This document shows, piece after piece, positions 21,509 to 31,077 of a DNA stretch of 64,000 bases. Numbering within the stretch: the stretch's first letter is position 1; each line of letters starts with the position of its first letter. The stretch lies in the NCBI GenBank assembly GCA_002011035.2, contig MTLY02000002.1, positions 384,001 to 448,000 of the forward strand, read 5' to 3'. The position numbers were made by a program, and so were the translations under genes. The stretch comes from Candidatus Hecatella orcuttiae (GTDB lineage: Archaea; Thermoproteota; Bathyarchaeia; Hecatellales; Hecatellaceae). The notes below the pieces were generated by a model. It made no database searches. It was not told where the DNA came from and worked only from the letters and a program-made list of their open reading frames with translations.

Positions 21509-22630
21509 TTGAGAAAGATCATCACCATAGCACAGCCCATCATAGGGAAGGAAGAAATAGAAGCCGTGGTCGGGGTTTTGAAAAGCGGCATCCTCACTTC
21601 TTCCCGCGGAGATGGGCCTTATGCTAAAAAATTTGAGGAAAGCTTCGCCAAGTATGTGGGCGTAAAATACGCGGTGGCCATGAGCTCCGGGACGGCGGCC
21701 TTGCATGCTGCCCTCCTGGCCGCGGAGCTGAGCCCTGACAGCGAAGTGATCGTTCCCAGCTTCACCTTCACGGCTACTGCCTCCGCTGTGGTTTTGGCGG
21801 GGGCTAAACCTGTTTTTGTCGACATCGACCCTAAAACTTTCAACATGGACCCTGTCTGCTTCGAGGAGGCCATAACCAGCAAGACTCAGGCTGTCATCCC
21901 CGTGCACATGTACGGGTTGATGGCGAACATGGAGGAGATTGTCAGAATAGCCAAGGAGAACGACCTAGAGGTCATCGAGGACGCAGCCCACAGTGTGGGA
22001 GCTGAGCTGAAGGGTAAAAAGGCGGGGTCCTTCGGAGACTACGGCTGCTTCAGCTTCTATGCCTCCAAAAACCTCACCACAGGGGAGGGAGGCATCGTCA
22101 CCACCAACCGGCGGGAGAACATGGAGGCTCTCTGCTCCATTAGGGCCCACGGCTTCGGAAGACATCAGTCCAGCGAAATCCTCGGCCACAACTACAGGAT
22201 GTCCGAGCTGGCTTGCGCCATCGGCTACTACCAGCTTCTGAAGCTTCCCAAGTTTCTGGAAGCCCGGAGGAGGAACGCTGCCAAGCTGACCTCCCTTCTG
22301 GAAGGGTCCGCTCGGCTGGAGCTTCCCGAGGAGCCGGAGGGCTACAAGCATGCTTGGCACCTCTACACCATCAGGCTTCGGGGAAGCAGGGCTGGGGAGA
22401 GGAACAAGATCGTCAACAAGCTGGTCAACGCGGGCATTCAGGCGGAGGTCTTCTACAGCACGCCCCTCCATTTGGCGCCCTTCTATCGGAGGAAGTTCGG
22501 CTTCCGACCTCGCTCTCTCCCCCGGACGGAAACCGCGGCTAGGCAGGTTTTCTCCTTGCCTGTGCACCCGGAGCTGAGCGATGAGGACCTCCGCTACATG
22601 GCCCAGCGGCTGACCAGAATCGTCAGGTAG
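21509..22630 (+). CDS. DegT/DnrJ/EryC1/StrS PLP-dependent aminotransferase
   Basis: SSGTAALH, IEDAAHSVG, SFYASKNLTTGEGG. Confidence 0.92.
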   Translation: MRKIITIAQPIIGKEEIEAVVGVLKSGILTSSRGDGPYAKKFEESFAKYVGVKYAVAMSSGTAALHAALLAAELSPDSEVIVPSFTFTATASAVVLAGAKPVFVDIDPKTFNMDPVCFEEAITSKTQAVIPVHMYGLMANMEEIVRIAKENDLEVIEDAAHSVGAELKGKKAGSFGDYGCFSFYASKNLTTGEGGIVTTNRRENMEALCSIRAHGFGRHQSSEILGHNYRMSELACAIGYYQLLKLPKFLEARRRNAAKLTSLLEGSARLELPEEPEGYKHAWHLYTIRLRGSRAGERNKIVNKLVNAGIQAEVFYSTPLHLAPFYRRKFGFRPRSLPRTETAARQVFSLPVHPELSDEDLRYMAQRLTRIVR

Positions 22631-23900
22631 CCGGCTGGTTGTTTCGGGTTTTCTTTTTCTTTCCTTCCTTTTTGGCGGTTTCCCGGACCTCGCGGAGGGG
22701 TTGCCTGGTTTCGAGGGAGATCCTTCGCACGTCTTCGAATTCAGGTTTAACCTGCACTGTTTTCCCTTCCCGGTCTTGGGCTATTTTGACGTGGGCGGTA
22801 AACTTTTTCCCCGCCACCTCCACTTCCACTAGGCGGGTTCGACGGGAGAGCGTAAACCTGCGGACGGGCTGAACCCGGATGCCTAGGGTGCCGGTTTCCC
22901 TGAAGACCAAGTCCGCCAGCCGGTCTAGGTTTTCCCTCCCAGCTAGGACGCCTAGGAGGTGGACGGGTCTCCCCTTCTTGCCCGTGCATGGGATGATGTA
23001 AAAGTCTCTGGCGCCCTCCTCCATCAGCCTCTCCCCCAAATAGCCTAGGGTCTCCCCGCTGACGTCGTCCAAGTTAGTTTCGAGGAGGTAGACCTCCTCT
23101 TGGGCGAAAGGGCTCTCCCACCGTCGGCCTAGGTAGACCCTCAGAAGGTTGGGGACGGCTTCAGGGTCCCGGGCTCCAGCTCCGTGGCCCACCTTGTAGG
23201 GCTGAGTCAGAGGGAGCGCCGCCGCCGGCTCAGCAAGGTTCACGAGGAGGGCGACGCCGGTGGGGGTTGACCGCTCCTCTCCTGAGCGGCCTGTTTCGAA
23301 GGGGAAGTTTTTCTCCCTCAAAATCTCGAGGACGATGGGAGGCGGCTGGGTTAGGATGCCGTGGGAGGTCTTCACCTTGCCGCTGCCCACCACCACTGGA
23401 AGGGAGTAGACTTGGGTTTCCAGCAGGCCTAGGTCCTCTAGGGCGGTGGTGACGCCTACGATGTCGGCTAGGGTGTCGGCGGAAGCCATCTCCCCCAGGA
23501 TGAGCTGCTCCTCCGAGGTGGCGTGGAGGTAGGTTTCCCCCTTCAGCAAGGTGGACAGGGTGCGGAGGGCGTAGGCCTTAGCCTCGTCGGAGAGGGTGGA
23601 GGCGGCCAAGTAGCTCTGCAGGGCTTCCTTCAGCTCCCGCCCTGTTCTACTATCGAAGCGCTCCTTGACTTGGATGTCTGCTCTCACACCTCTTATCCCA
23701 TGCCTCAGGACTTGGGAGACCTTCAGCTCTAGGTCTTCGCAGCCGGGGATAACCGCGCTTAGCCTCCGGAAGGCTTCTTGGATCTTTTCAGGGGAGGCTC
23801 CTAGGTCGATGAGGGCTCCTAGGAGCATATCACCGGAGACACCGGCCAGCTGGGGGTCGATGACGGCCACGGTTTTCCTGCTGGGCAAGGGAACCATCAC
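22623..23900 (-). CDS. larC: Nickel pincer cofactor nickel-insertion protein LarC
   Basis: AGVSGDMLLGAL, TPTG, ETNLDD, KKGRP, ETGTLGIR, KPEFED. Confidence 0.88.
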   Translation of the reverse strand: MMVPLPSRKTVAVIDPQLAGVSGDMLLGALIDLGASPEKIQEAFRRLSAVIPGCEDLELKVSQVLRHGIRGVRADIQVKERFDSRTGRELKEALQSYLAASTLSDEAKAYALRTLSTLLKGETYLHATSEEQLILGEMASADTLADIVGVTTALEDLGLLETQVYSLPVVVGSGKVKTSHGILTQPPPIVLEILREKNFPFETGRSGEERSTPTGVALLVNLAEPAAALPLTQPYKVGHGAGARDPEAVPNLLRVYLGRRWESPFAQEEVYLLETNLDDVSGETLGYLGERLMEEGARDFYIIPCTGKKGRPVHLLGVLAGRENLDRLADLVFRETGTLGIRVQPVRRFTLSRRTRLVEVEVAGKKFTAHVKIAQDREGKTVQVKPEFEDVRRISLETRQPLREVRETAKKEGKKKKTRNNQPAT

Positions 23901-23955
23901 CTTAAATTGAAGGTTCCCCGGATTAAAATACGTTTATAACACGGGGAAACGCAGC

Positions 23956-24765
23956 ATGAGCCTAAGGGACCTGCTGAGGAAGGTGAAAAACGGCCGGCTG
24001 TCGTTGGGGGAGGCGGAAGCTCGGCTGAGGCTGGACATGGTCAAGGCTGTGGAAGACTACGCCAAGCTGGACGTGCACCGGCCTCTGCGGAGAAGAGTCC
24101 CAGAGGTCATCTTCGCCGAGAACAAAACCCCTGCGGAGACCGCTAAGATCGCCTCCGAACTCGCCGGCCAGGTGGGCGCAGCCTTGGTAGCCCGACTGTC
24201 CGAGGCCCACTGGAGGGAGCTGAAGAGGCTGGGGAGAAGGGGCTTCAAGGTGGAGCGCTGGGAAAGAGCCCGCATGACTGTGGTGCGGAAGAGAGGCGTA
24301 ACCCCGCCGCCCAGTAGCGGAGGCCGGGTGATGGTTCTCACCGCCGGAACAGCCGACGTGCCCGTGGCCGAGGAGGCTCGGGTAGTGGCGGGGGAGATGG
24401 GCTGCGAAGTCTACACCGCCTACGACGTAGGCGTCGCCGGCTTCCACCGGCTTCTCCAACCCCTGAAGGAAAGCCTCCGGAGGAAGGTGGACGTCATAGT
24501 GGTGGTAGCGGGAATGGAGGGCGCCTTGCCTTCGGTGGTAGCCAGCCTAGCCGACTGCCCGGTGATAGGCGTGCCCACCTCCACCGGCTACGGCCTGGGA
24601 GGCGGAGGCCAAGGAGCCCTGATGTCCATGCTCCAGTCCTGCACCTTGGGGCTGGCGGTGGTGAACATCGACAACGGAGTGGGCGCCGGAGCCCTCGCAG
24701 CCCTCATCGCCAACCGGGCGGCTGAGGCCCGAGCCTCCGCGTCCGGGAGAAAAAAGTGGGGCTGA
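23956..24765 (+). CDS. larB: Nickel pincer cofactor biosynthesis protein LarB
   Basis: PEVIF, AGTADVPVAEEA, DVGVAGFHRL, AGMEGALPSVV, VVNIDNG. Confidence 0.92.
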   Translation: MSLRDLLRKVKNGRLSLGEAEARLRLDMVKAVEDYAKLDVHRPLRRRVPEVIFAENKTPAETAKIASELAGQVGAALVARLSEAHWRELKRLGRRGFKVERWERARMTVVRKRGVTPPPSSGGRVMVLTAGTADVPVAEEARVVAGEMGCEVYTAYDVGVAGFHRLLQPLKESLRRKVDVIVVVAGMEGALPSVVASLADCPVIGVPTSTGYGLGGGGQGALMSMLQSCTLGLAVVNIDNGVGAGALAALIANRAAEARASASGRKKWG

Positions 24766-24800
24766 ATCTCGGTGTCCGGGTCTGGTAGGTCTGCGCTGTT

Positions 24801-25199
24801 CTATTGTTCGCGCATGATTTCGTCGGGGGTTCTGACGGATTCTCTCATCCACTTGAAGTGTTTCTTGTTCTGGGTGACTAGGACTGCTCCCTGCTGGAGG
24901 GCGGTGGCGCCTATGAGGAAGTCTCTTCCGTGGTGTTTGAAGGGTAGCCTAGGATTCTTCACCGCCTCGTCTACGGCTCTTTCACCCGCCGTCCTATCCA
25001 AGGGAGTGACGGAAGCTCGGATGCCGAGTAGAACGGTCTTCAACTCCTTAAACAAGCTCCGTCGAACGCTGCGAAGGTAGACTTCCACGTAGGCGACGAC
25101 GGGCACGCATACGTCGATTTCGCTTCTTTTCCTGAGCCAAGCTAAGAATTTTTTATGGTGGAAGACATTGGAGTCTAAGAGAAGCCTAATCCTATGCAT
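24801..25199 (-). CDS. vapC: PIN-domain toxin (VapC)
   Basis: LLDSNV, DFLIGATA, LVTQNKKHF. Confidence 0.88.
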   Translation of the reverse strand: MHRIRLLLDSNVFHHKKFLAWLRKRSEIDVCVPVVAYVEVYLRSVRRSLFKELKTVLLGIRASVTPLDRTAGERAVDEAVKNPRLPFKHHGRDFLIGATALQQGAVLVTQNKKHFKWMRESVRTPDEIMREQ

Positions 25200-25455
25200 C
25201 TAGGCCACCCAAGGCCTTCCGCAGCTCTGCCGCTTCCTTAACTTCCACGTCCCTCATTCCCGGGCAGAACCTTGCAAGAGCTTCTTCAAACTCCTTATCG
25301 CTCACTCCAGAAGGCTTAGGGGCAAGCTCCGTCAAAAGGCGAATGGCCTCGTTGAGGGAGAGGTCGCGGCCTAGCTTCGACTGGGCTTTAAGCCTGCAGC
25401 TTAACAGCTGAGCGTAGGTTTCGTCATCCACCTTTATCGTCGAATATCCCGCCAA
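25192..25455 (-). CDS. Probable VapB-type antitoxin
   Basis: STIKVDDETYAQL...SLNEAIRLL DNA-binding N-terminus; overlaps the vapC start. Confidence 0.75.
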   Translation of the reverse strand: MAGYSTIKVDDETYAQLLSCRLKAQSKLGRDLSLNEAIRLLTELAPKPSGVSDKEFEEALARFCPGMRDVEVKEAAELRKALGGLDA

Positions 25456-25745
25456 CCTGCTTCACCCTCCGCCAGACCCAGAAGATAGCGTAGCACATCG
25501 CTGTAGCTACATTTCCTCCCCCACTGTAAAGACATTTCCCTTTTAAGCCTCCCCAGCCGCTTTTTAACCTCCAACTCCACCGTTACAGTTTTCACGGCAT
25601 CCACGGATAGTTAATACCATTAATACTTTAAATACTCTACGGAACACGTTTTCAGCAAAAACTTGACAGGATCCGGCATCGATACTTATTTATGCTTGTG
25701 TTGAAGTTTATAGCTGATCCCAGAGCCTTTAGGGGATAGGTTAAA

Positions 25746-27206
25746 ATGAGGGTCCTCCTAGTCCAGCCTCCCACCCCCTTGGAGGTGGAGACCCTCTCCT
25801 CTATCGACATGGTCGCCCCCTCCATGGGCCTCGCCTACCTGGCCGCGGTGCTGGAGCAGCACGGCTATGCGGTGGAGATCCTCGACGCCCCCGCCCTCCA
25901 AGTCACCCACGAGCAGCTTCCCCGGGAGCTGGAGCGACGTAAACCCGACCTGGTGGGGGTCACTGCCACCACAGCTGTCATAGGCAGCGCGCTGAAAACC
26001 GCGGAGACAGCCAAAGCCGTCCTGCCCGAGGCCACGGTGGTGCTGGGCGGAGCCCACCTGACTTTCACCCAGGAGACCACCATGAGTCTCTGCCCCTCCG
26101 TGGATGTGGGGGTGGTGGGGGAAGGCGAGTACACGCTGCTGGAACTGGTTCAAACCCTTGAAAAGGGCGGCAGCCTCAAGGATGTTAAAGGAATCATCTA
26201 CCGGGAGGACGGTAGGTTGGTTAAGACGCCGCCTCGGCCTCTCATCGCCAACTTGGATGAGCTTCCCTTCCCAGCCCGCCACCTGCTTCCCATGGACCAG
26301 TACCGGGCTTTTGGCAAGAAGCGAATCCTAGGCACTATCTTCACCAGCCGGGGCTGTCCTTTCAGCTGCATCTTCTGCTCCTCCTCCCTCCTCTTCGGCA
26401 AGAAGTTCAGAGCCCGAAGCCCCAAGAACGTGGTGGACGAGATCGAACAGTTCCAACGGGAGTACAACAGCAAGTTCGTGGAGATCATCGACGACATCTT
26501 CATCCTCGACAGGAAGAGGGCAGAGGCCATCTGCCGCGAGCTGATGGAGCGGAACCTAGGCACCGTCTGGGTCTGCTCCGCCCGCATAGACCTGATGACC
26601 AAGGAGCTGATGCAGATGCTGAGGAAAGCCGGCTGCGTCATGATCTACTACGGCGTGGAATCCGGCGTCCAGAGGGTGGTGGACCTGATGAAGAAAGGCA
26701 TCAAGGTGGACCACGCTTTCAAAGTCATCCAGTGGGCTAGGGAGCTGGGCATGGAGTCCGTGGCCTCCTTCGTCGTGGGAATCCCCGGGGAAACCTGGGA
26801 GGAAGCCGTGCAGACCATCAAGTTCGCCAAGAAGCTCAACGCTGAGTACGCCCAGTTCGCCATCGCCACCCCGTTCCCTGGAACCGAGCTCTATGAAATG
26901 GCGAAGAGGGAAGGCCTCCTCCTCACCGAAGACTGGTCCCAGTACACGGTGTTGAAGCCTGTGATGAGAACCCGGGAGCTCTCCGCGGAGCAGCTTAAGA
27001 AGCTCATCCGGAAATGCTACCTGGAGTACTATCTCAGGCCCCGGATCATGTGGAACTACATCCGCCGAGGTCACGCCAGGGAGCTGCTGGTGAACGTCAT
27101 CGGCCACTACCTTTGGCAGGCGGTGAAGGCTGGGGTGAAGGGCCTCTTCAAACCCGCGGCTTCCACCCCGCCTCCGGTGGACTCCGAGCTGAGGGTGAAA
27201 ACCTAG
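25746..27206 (+). CDS. Cobalamin-binding radical SAM protein (class B)
   Basis: PSMGLAYLAA, GGAH, GEGE, SRGCPFSCIFC, GVESG. Confidence 0.9.
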   Translation: MRVLLVQPPTPLEVETLSSIDMVAPSMGLAYLAAVLEQHGYAVEILDAPALQVTHEQLPRELERRKPDLVGVTATTAVIGSALKTAETAKAVLPEATVVLGGAHLTFTQETTMSLCPSVDVGVVGEGEYTLLELVQTLEKGGSLKDVKGIIYREDGRLVKTPPRPLIANLDELPFPARHLLPMDQYRAFGKKRILGTIFTSRGCPFSCIFCSSSLLFGKKFRARSPKNVVDEIEQFQREYNSKFVEIIDDIFILDRKRAEAICRELMERNLGTVWVCSARIDLMTKELMQMLRKAGCVMIYYGVESGVQRVVDLMKKGIKVDHAFKVIQWARELGMESVASFVVGIPGETWEEAVQTIKFAKKLNAEYAQFAIATPFPGTELYEMAKREGLLLTEDWSQYTVLKPVMRTRELSAEQLKKLIRKCYLEYYLRPRIMWNYIRRGHARELLVNVIGHYLWQAVKAGVKGLFKPAASTPPPVDSELRVKT

Positions 27207-27264
27207 CCGGCTGCCAAACCTAATTATCCCCTGCGAGAAACCTTAGAGAAGGGCGTGGTGAGGT

Positions 27265-27855
27265 TTGTTTGACCTTGAAGGCTACGGGATCCTCAGCCTT
27301 TTCCTAGTGGCCTTCGCCGTCAACCTGCTTCCCTTCACCAGCCCCTCCAACCTTTTCATCGCCTTCAACTTCGCCCTCCTCACTCCTGTTCAGCCTCTGG
27401 CCGTCGGCTTCCTCGTGGCCTCCGCGGCCTCCGCAGCCAAGCTTCTCCATTATTATGTGGTCTTCTTTCTGAGAAGCGCCATGGGAGCCTCCCGGAGAGC
27501 CTCCTTGGAGAGGCTGGGCTCCGCCCTCGGGCGTTGGAGTCTCCTAGCCGTGGTCGTGGCAGCTGTGACGCCCATCCCCGACGACCCCGTCATCCTACCC
27601 TTGGGCCTGCTCAAGTACAGCCCTCTGAAGCTGGCCCTAGGCTACTTCGCCGGAAAAATGGCTGTGGCCAGTGTAGGCGGCTACTTGGGGAAGGTGGGTG
27701 TAGCGGTCTTCCAGCCGCTGGTGGGAGGAACCGCCCTGATGGCCGTCTCCCTTGCCTTAACGGTGGCGGCTGCCGTGGTTTTGGTGAAGGTGAACCCGGA
27801 GGAGCTGCTGAGAAGGCTGAAGAGGCCTCCTGCAGGGAGGGGGGAAAAAGCCTGA
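27265..27855 (+). CDS. DedA/VTT-like membrane protein
   Basis: Multi-TM; AVTPIPDDPVILPLGLLKY...GK. Confidence 0.75.
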   Translation: MFDLEGYGILSLFLVAFAVNLLPFTSPSNLFIAFNFALLTPVQPLAVGFLVASAASAAKLLHYYVVFFLRSAMGASRRASLERLGSALGRWSLLAVVVAAVTPIPDDPVILPLGLLKYSPLKLALGYFAGKMAVASVGGYLGKVGVAVFQPLVGGTALMAVSLALTVAAAVVLVKVNPEELLRRLKRPPAGRGEKA

Positions 27856-29432
27856 GGCTAGGCAGCCCCAAGATAGTTCTAACCGCCCCTGCCACGGAGA
27901 TGAGCACCCACCACCGGAAGGTCTTCCTAGGCTTCGGAGCCTGCCTTTCCAACCCCCCCTTTCCCCCCTGGTTTGTGAAGCGGCTTTTCTATCCGCCCGT
28001 CTCCCACAGCCGGGGGAAAGCGGACTTCGCCCCCTACAACCTGAGGAAGGTGGAGGCCTGTCTCTTGGAGAAAGGAGGCTTCCGGGAGTCCGAGGTGGCG
28101 ACGGTGCACCCCCAGAGGCTAAGCCGGGTGGTGGGGTCTGAAACCCGGGTGGTAGGTGTCACGGTCATGGACCCTCTAGGCCTAGGGCCCACCAGCCTCA
28201 CCTTCGCCTCCCTCTTCCGAGGGGAAACCGCCACCTGCCGGGAGTTTCGGAGGCTGATGGCTCAGGAGCCCCTTGCCTCCCGTCGGCTGCCCGTGGTGGT
28301 GGGCGGTATGGGCGCTTGGCAGCTCTATTACACGCCTGGGGCTCGAGAAAAGTACGGTATCTCCACGCTGGTCTTGGGGGAGGGAGAAAAGGTGGTGCCG
28401 GAGCTCTTCGCCAAGGCCGTGGAAGGAGCGCCTCTGCCCCCGGTAATCTTCGGAGAAGACGCGGAGGTAGAGGCTATTCCCACCATCCGGAAGCCGGCGG
28501 TAGGGGGCTTGGTGGAGGTGGCTCGGGGATGCGGGAGAAACTGCCAGTTCTGCTCCCCCACCCTCCGGGGGAGGAGGGACATGGCCCTCGGCCAGATAGT
28601 GGCGGAGGCCAGGCTCAACGTGGAGGGCGGCTGCCCCCGGCTCTGCCTCCATGCGGAGGACGTTCTGGGCTACGGCTCCGACGGCTGGAGCCGGTTTAAG
28701 CCCAACCGGGAGAAGGTGCTGGGGCTTTTCCGGAGGCTGGCGGCTGAGGTCGGCGCCCACCGGCTGGGGGTCAGCCATGTGACCCTTTCCTCCATAGCCG
28801 CGGACCCGGGGTTGGTGGAGGAGGTTTCCCAGCTTCTCCAAGTGGGCCCGGGGGCGCCTCTCTTCGGCTATCAGACAGGCATTGAAACCGGCAGTGTGAG
28901 GCTTATCAGGAGGCTGATGGCTGGGAAGCCTCTGCCCTTCAAGCCTGAGGAATGGCCTGAGGTGGTGGTTCAAGGGTTCGGAGTGTCCAAGGACTGCAGC
29001 TGGGTTCCCGCGGCCACCCTCATCATGGGCCTCCCGGGGGAGAGGGAGGAAGACGTCAACGCCAGCCTCGACCTGCTGGACGGGCTGAGGGACTGTCCAT
29101 CCTTCGTCATCCCCCAGTTTTTCATGCCCATCACCGAAACCCTGCTGGAGAAGGCGCCGCGGTTCGATGTGGAGGCCATGGGGGAAGCCCACGGCCTGCT
29201 ACTCCTCCGCTGCTTGGAGCATTCCGTCCGCTGGGCTGACCACCTGAGGCAGCGGCTCTTCCAGAGGGACGCCCCCTGGCTCAGGCTGGGCTACTGGCTG
29301 GGCTACAGGCTGCTCTACTTCTTCGCTTGGCTGGGGGGAAAGAAAATAGCGGGGAGGCTGGGGCTGAACTGGCGCCGCCTCCAAGCCGCCGGCCTCCCAC
29401 GGGAAAGCGGAATCCAGCCTTCCGGAGATTAG
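27852..29432 (+). CDS. Radical SAM protein (archaeal B12-binding-like family), probable CTG start
   Basis: KIVLTAPATEMS, APYNLRKVEA, MDPLGLGP, RGCGRNCQFC, GIETGS. CTG at 27852 overlaps the upstream TGA. Confidence 0.8.
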   Translation: MRLGSPKIVLTAPATEMSTHHRKVFLGFGACLSNPPFPPWFVKRLFYPPVSHSRGKADFAPYNLRKVEACLLEKGGFRESEVATVHPQRLSRVVGSETRVVGVTVMDPLGLGPTSLTFASLFRGETATCREFRRLMAQEPLASRRLPVVVGGMGAWQLYYTPGAREKYGISTLVLGEGEKVVPELFAKAVEGAPLPPVIFGEDAEVEAIPTIRKPAVGGLVEVARGCGRNCQFCSPTLRGRRDMALGQIVAEARLNVEGGCPRLCLHAEDVLGYGSDGWSRFKPNREKVLGLFRRLAAEVGAHRLGVSHVTLSSIAADPGLVEEVSQLLQVGPGAPLFGYQTGIETGSVRLIRRLMAGKPLPFKPEEWPEVVVQGFGVSKDCSWVPAATLIMGLPGEREEDVNASLDLLDGLRDCPSFVIPQFFMPITETLLEKAPRFDVEAMGEAHGLLLLRCLEHSVRWADHLRQRLFQRDAPWLRLGYWLGYRLLYFFAWLGGKKIAGRLGLNWRRLQAAGLPRESGIQPSGD

Positions 29433-29974
29433 AGCTTCTCCCCGCTTGGAAACTCCTCGGCCAATTCCCGAGCTAGGCGGCTGCGGTTGTCCGTGGTGAC
29501 CTCCAAGAGGCGGGCTGCAGGGTGGGCTCTGAGCCTCTGGATGAGGGAGTCTCGAGCTCGGTGGTGGACGGTGACCACCAGCGGCTTCCCGCTTTCCACC
29601 GCCTCCTCCACGGCCTGCTTGAAGCTGGGAGAAAACAGCTCCATGGGGCCGACTTCGTCGACGAAGACCACGTCCGCCTCCGCCACCGCCCTCCGCACAG
29701 CCTCCACGCCCACCGCCTCCAAGTCGGCTAGGTTGACCCGGTATTTTCCCAGCCGCGGCCCCTGAGCTTGGTGGACGTGGGCTAGGACGCCCCGGCGGCC
29801 GGTGGCCAGGTCGGTGACCTCGAAGCCTAGGCGGGTGGAGCCTTGTCGGATTTCGCCGGTGGCCATGCCGCCTACCCGGTAGCCTCTCTCGGCTAGGAGC
29901 TCGGCCAGTTTCCTGAAGACGGTGCTTTTCCCCACGCCGGGTAGGCCTGTGAGGAGGAGGATGCGCGGCCGCAT
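29429..29974 (-). CDS. NTPase (THEP1/NTPase_1 family)
   Basis: LTGLPGVGKST, VDEVGPMEL. Confidence 0.88.
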   Translation of the reverse strand: MRPRILLLTGLPGVGKSTVFRKLAELLAERGYRVGGMATGEIRQGSTRLGFEVTDLATGRRGVLAHVHQAQGPRLGKYRVNLADLEAVGVEAVRRAVAEADVVFVDEVGPMELFSPSFKQAVEEAVESGKPLVVTVHHRARDSLIQRLRAHPAARLLEVTTDNRSRLARELAEEFPSGEKL

Positions 29975-30093
29975 GGCTTGGGACCGAGAATGTTTAGTCT
30001 GAGAAAACATAAAAACCAACCTTCCGAGGATGTTTTTGTCGCCGCAAATAATTTCAGGAGTTTGACCGTGAATTCAGGGGTCTGGTTGGCGGT

Positions 30094-30351
30094 TTATGGC
30101 TTGTAGATTTTCTTCCTATGCCCGACGGCTATGAGGGTTATGGTTTTGGTCTCTTCGTCGACGGCGTATATGACGTTGTAGTTTCCGATTGTCAAGCTGT
30201 ATCTCCCTTTTAGGTCTCCGTGGAGGGGTTTGCCTAGGTGTGGGTTTTCTTGCAGCTGGCGGATTTTCCGGTCAGTTCTCCGCTTGGATTCTAGGCTTAG
30301 TTTTCGGAAGTCTCTTTCAAAACTCTTCGTGGAGAGCAGCCTATATTTCGT
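30094..30351 (-). pseudogene. relE: RelE/StbE-family toxin lacking a canonical start codon and catalytic arginines
   Basis: Manual translation (ACG)KYRLLSTKSFERDFRKL...ENPHLGKPLHGDLKGRYSLTIGNYNVIY...VGHRKKIYKP; absent from the ORF track. Confidence 0.75.
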
Positions 30352-30559
30352 CGGACTTTCTGAGCTCCTCGACGAATTCTTCGTAGCTTCTCGTCCGCCC
30401 GGCTTTAAGGTCGGCCTCCCCCCTCCGAATGGCCTTCACCATCTCACGGTTGGCTAGGATGTCCAGTGTCTCGATAAGTTCCTCGAGCAGGTTTTTTGTC
30501 CGAACCAGAAGCTCCGTCTGCTCGCGGTTTAAGACCACAGAATCCATCTCGATCAGCAT
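30341..30559 (-). CDS. Antitoxin (RelB/Phd-like C-terminus)
   Basis: LIETLDILANREMVKAIRRGEADLKAGRTRSYEE; overlaps the RelE-like frame. Confidence 0.75.
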   Translation of the reverse strand: MLIEMDSVVLNREQTELLVRTKNLLEELIETLDILANREMVKAIRRGEADLKAGRTRSYEEFVEELRKSDEI

Positions 30560-30584
30560 TCAAAGCGTTAATCTTGTTCATATG

Positions 30585-30839
30585 TTATTGTTCTGTTTTC
30601 TCCGGTGATGTCTGCAAGCGATTCAGGAGGCTGTTAGCGGCTGCGGCTTTTATTTCTCTGGCTATTTCTTGGGCCAAGGCTTTGGCTAGGTTTCTTCGGG
30701 TGTTTATGATTTCGATTCCCGCAACCTCGCCGTCCCTGCCGTATTCCAGTCGGATGTCTTCGTCGTTCTCCTTGCTGTCGAAGACTCGGCTGTCTCTGGC
30801 CACGATGTACAGGCTGTCTTCTTCCGGGTTGTAGTTCAC
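30585..30839 (-). CDS. DUF2283-like protein
   Basis: YNPEEDSLYI...DIRLEYGRDGEVAGIEII pattern. Confidence 0.75.
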   Translation of the reverse strand: MNYNPEEDSLYIVARDSRVFDSKENDEDIRLEYGRDGEVAGIEIINTRRNLAKALAQEIAREIKAAAANSLLNRLQTSPEKTEQ

Positions 30840-30942
30840 CTTTAAAGCCGCGTTCCCTTTTATTGGGAGGCTGCCTCTTCGATTTTAACGTTTATGAAAG
30901 GTTTAAGCTGGTGTTGAAGCAAACCTACTTGGAGTGTTCTGG

Positions 30943-31077
30943 GTGGGCGAATCTGTCACGTTGGAGATGGTCTACAGGGAGGTTAGAAGCATCAGGGGGA
31001 TGCTTGAGAAGGTTCGGAAGGGAGAGTACGTGGCGCTCGAAGAGGCTGAGAAGAAGCTGGGTTTTACTCGGATTTGA
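30943..31077 (+). pseudogene. Short antitoxin-like ORF, probably internally deleted
   Basis: MGESVTLEMVYREVRSIRGMLEKVRKGEYVALEEAEKKLGFTRI (44 aa); no partner toxin follows. Confidence 0.4.

Noticed and set aside
27534-27851. N-terminal extension of the 632-aa radical SAM ORF
   Set aside because: Overlaps the DedA-like gene and reads as Arg/Gly-rich off-frame sequence; the start was placed at 27852.
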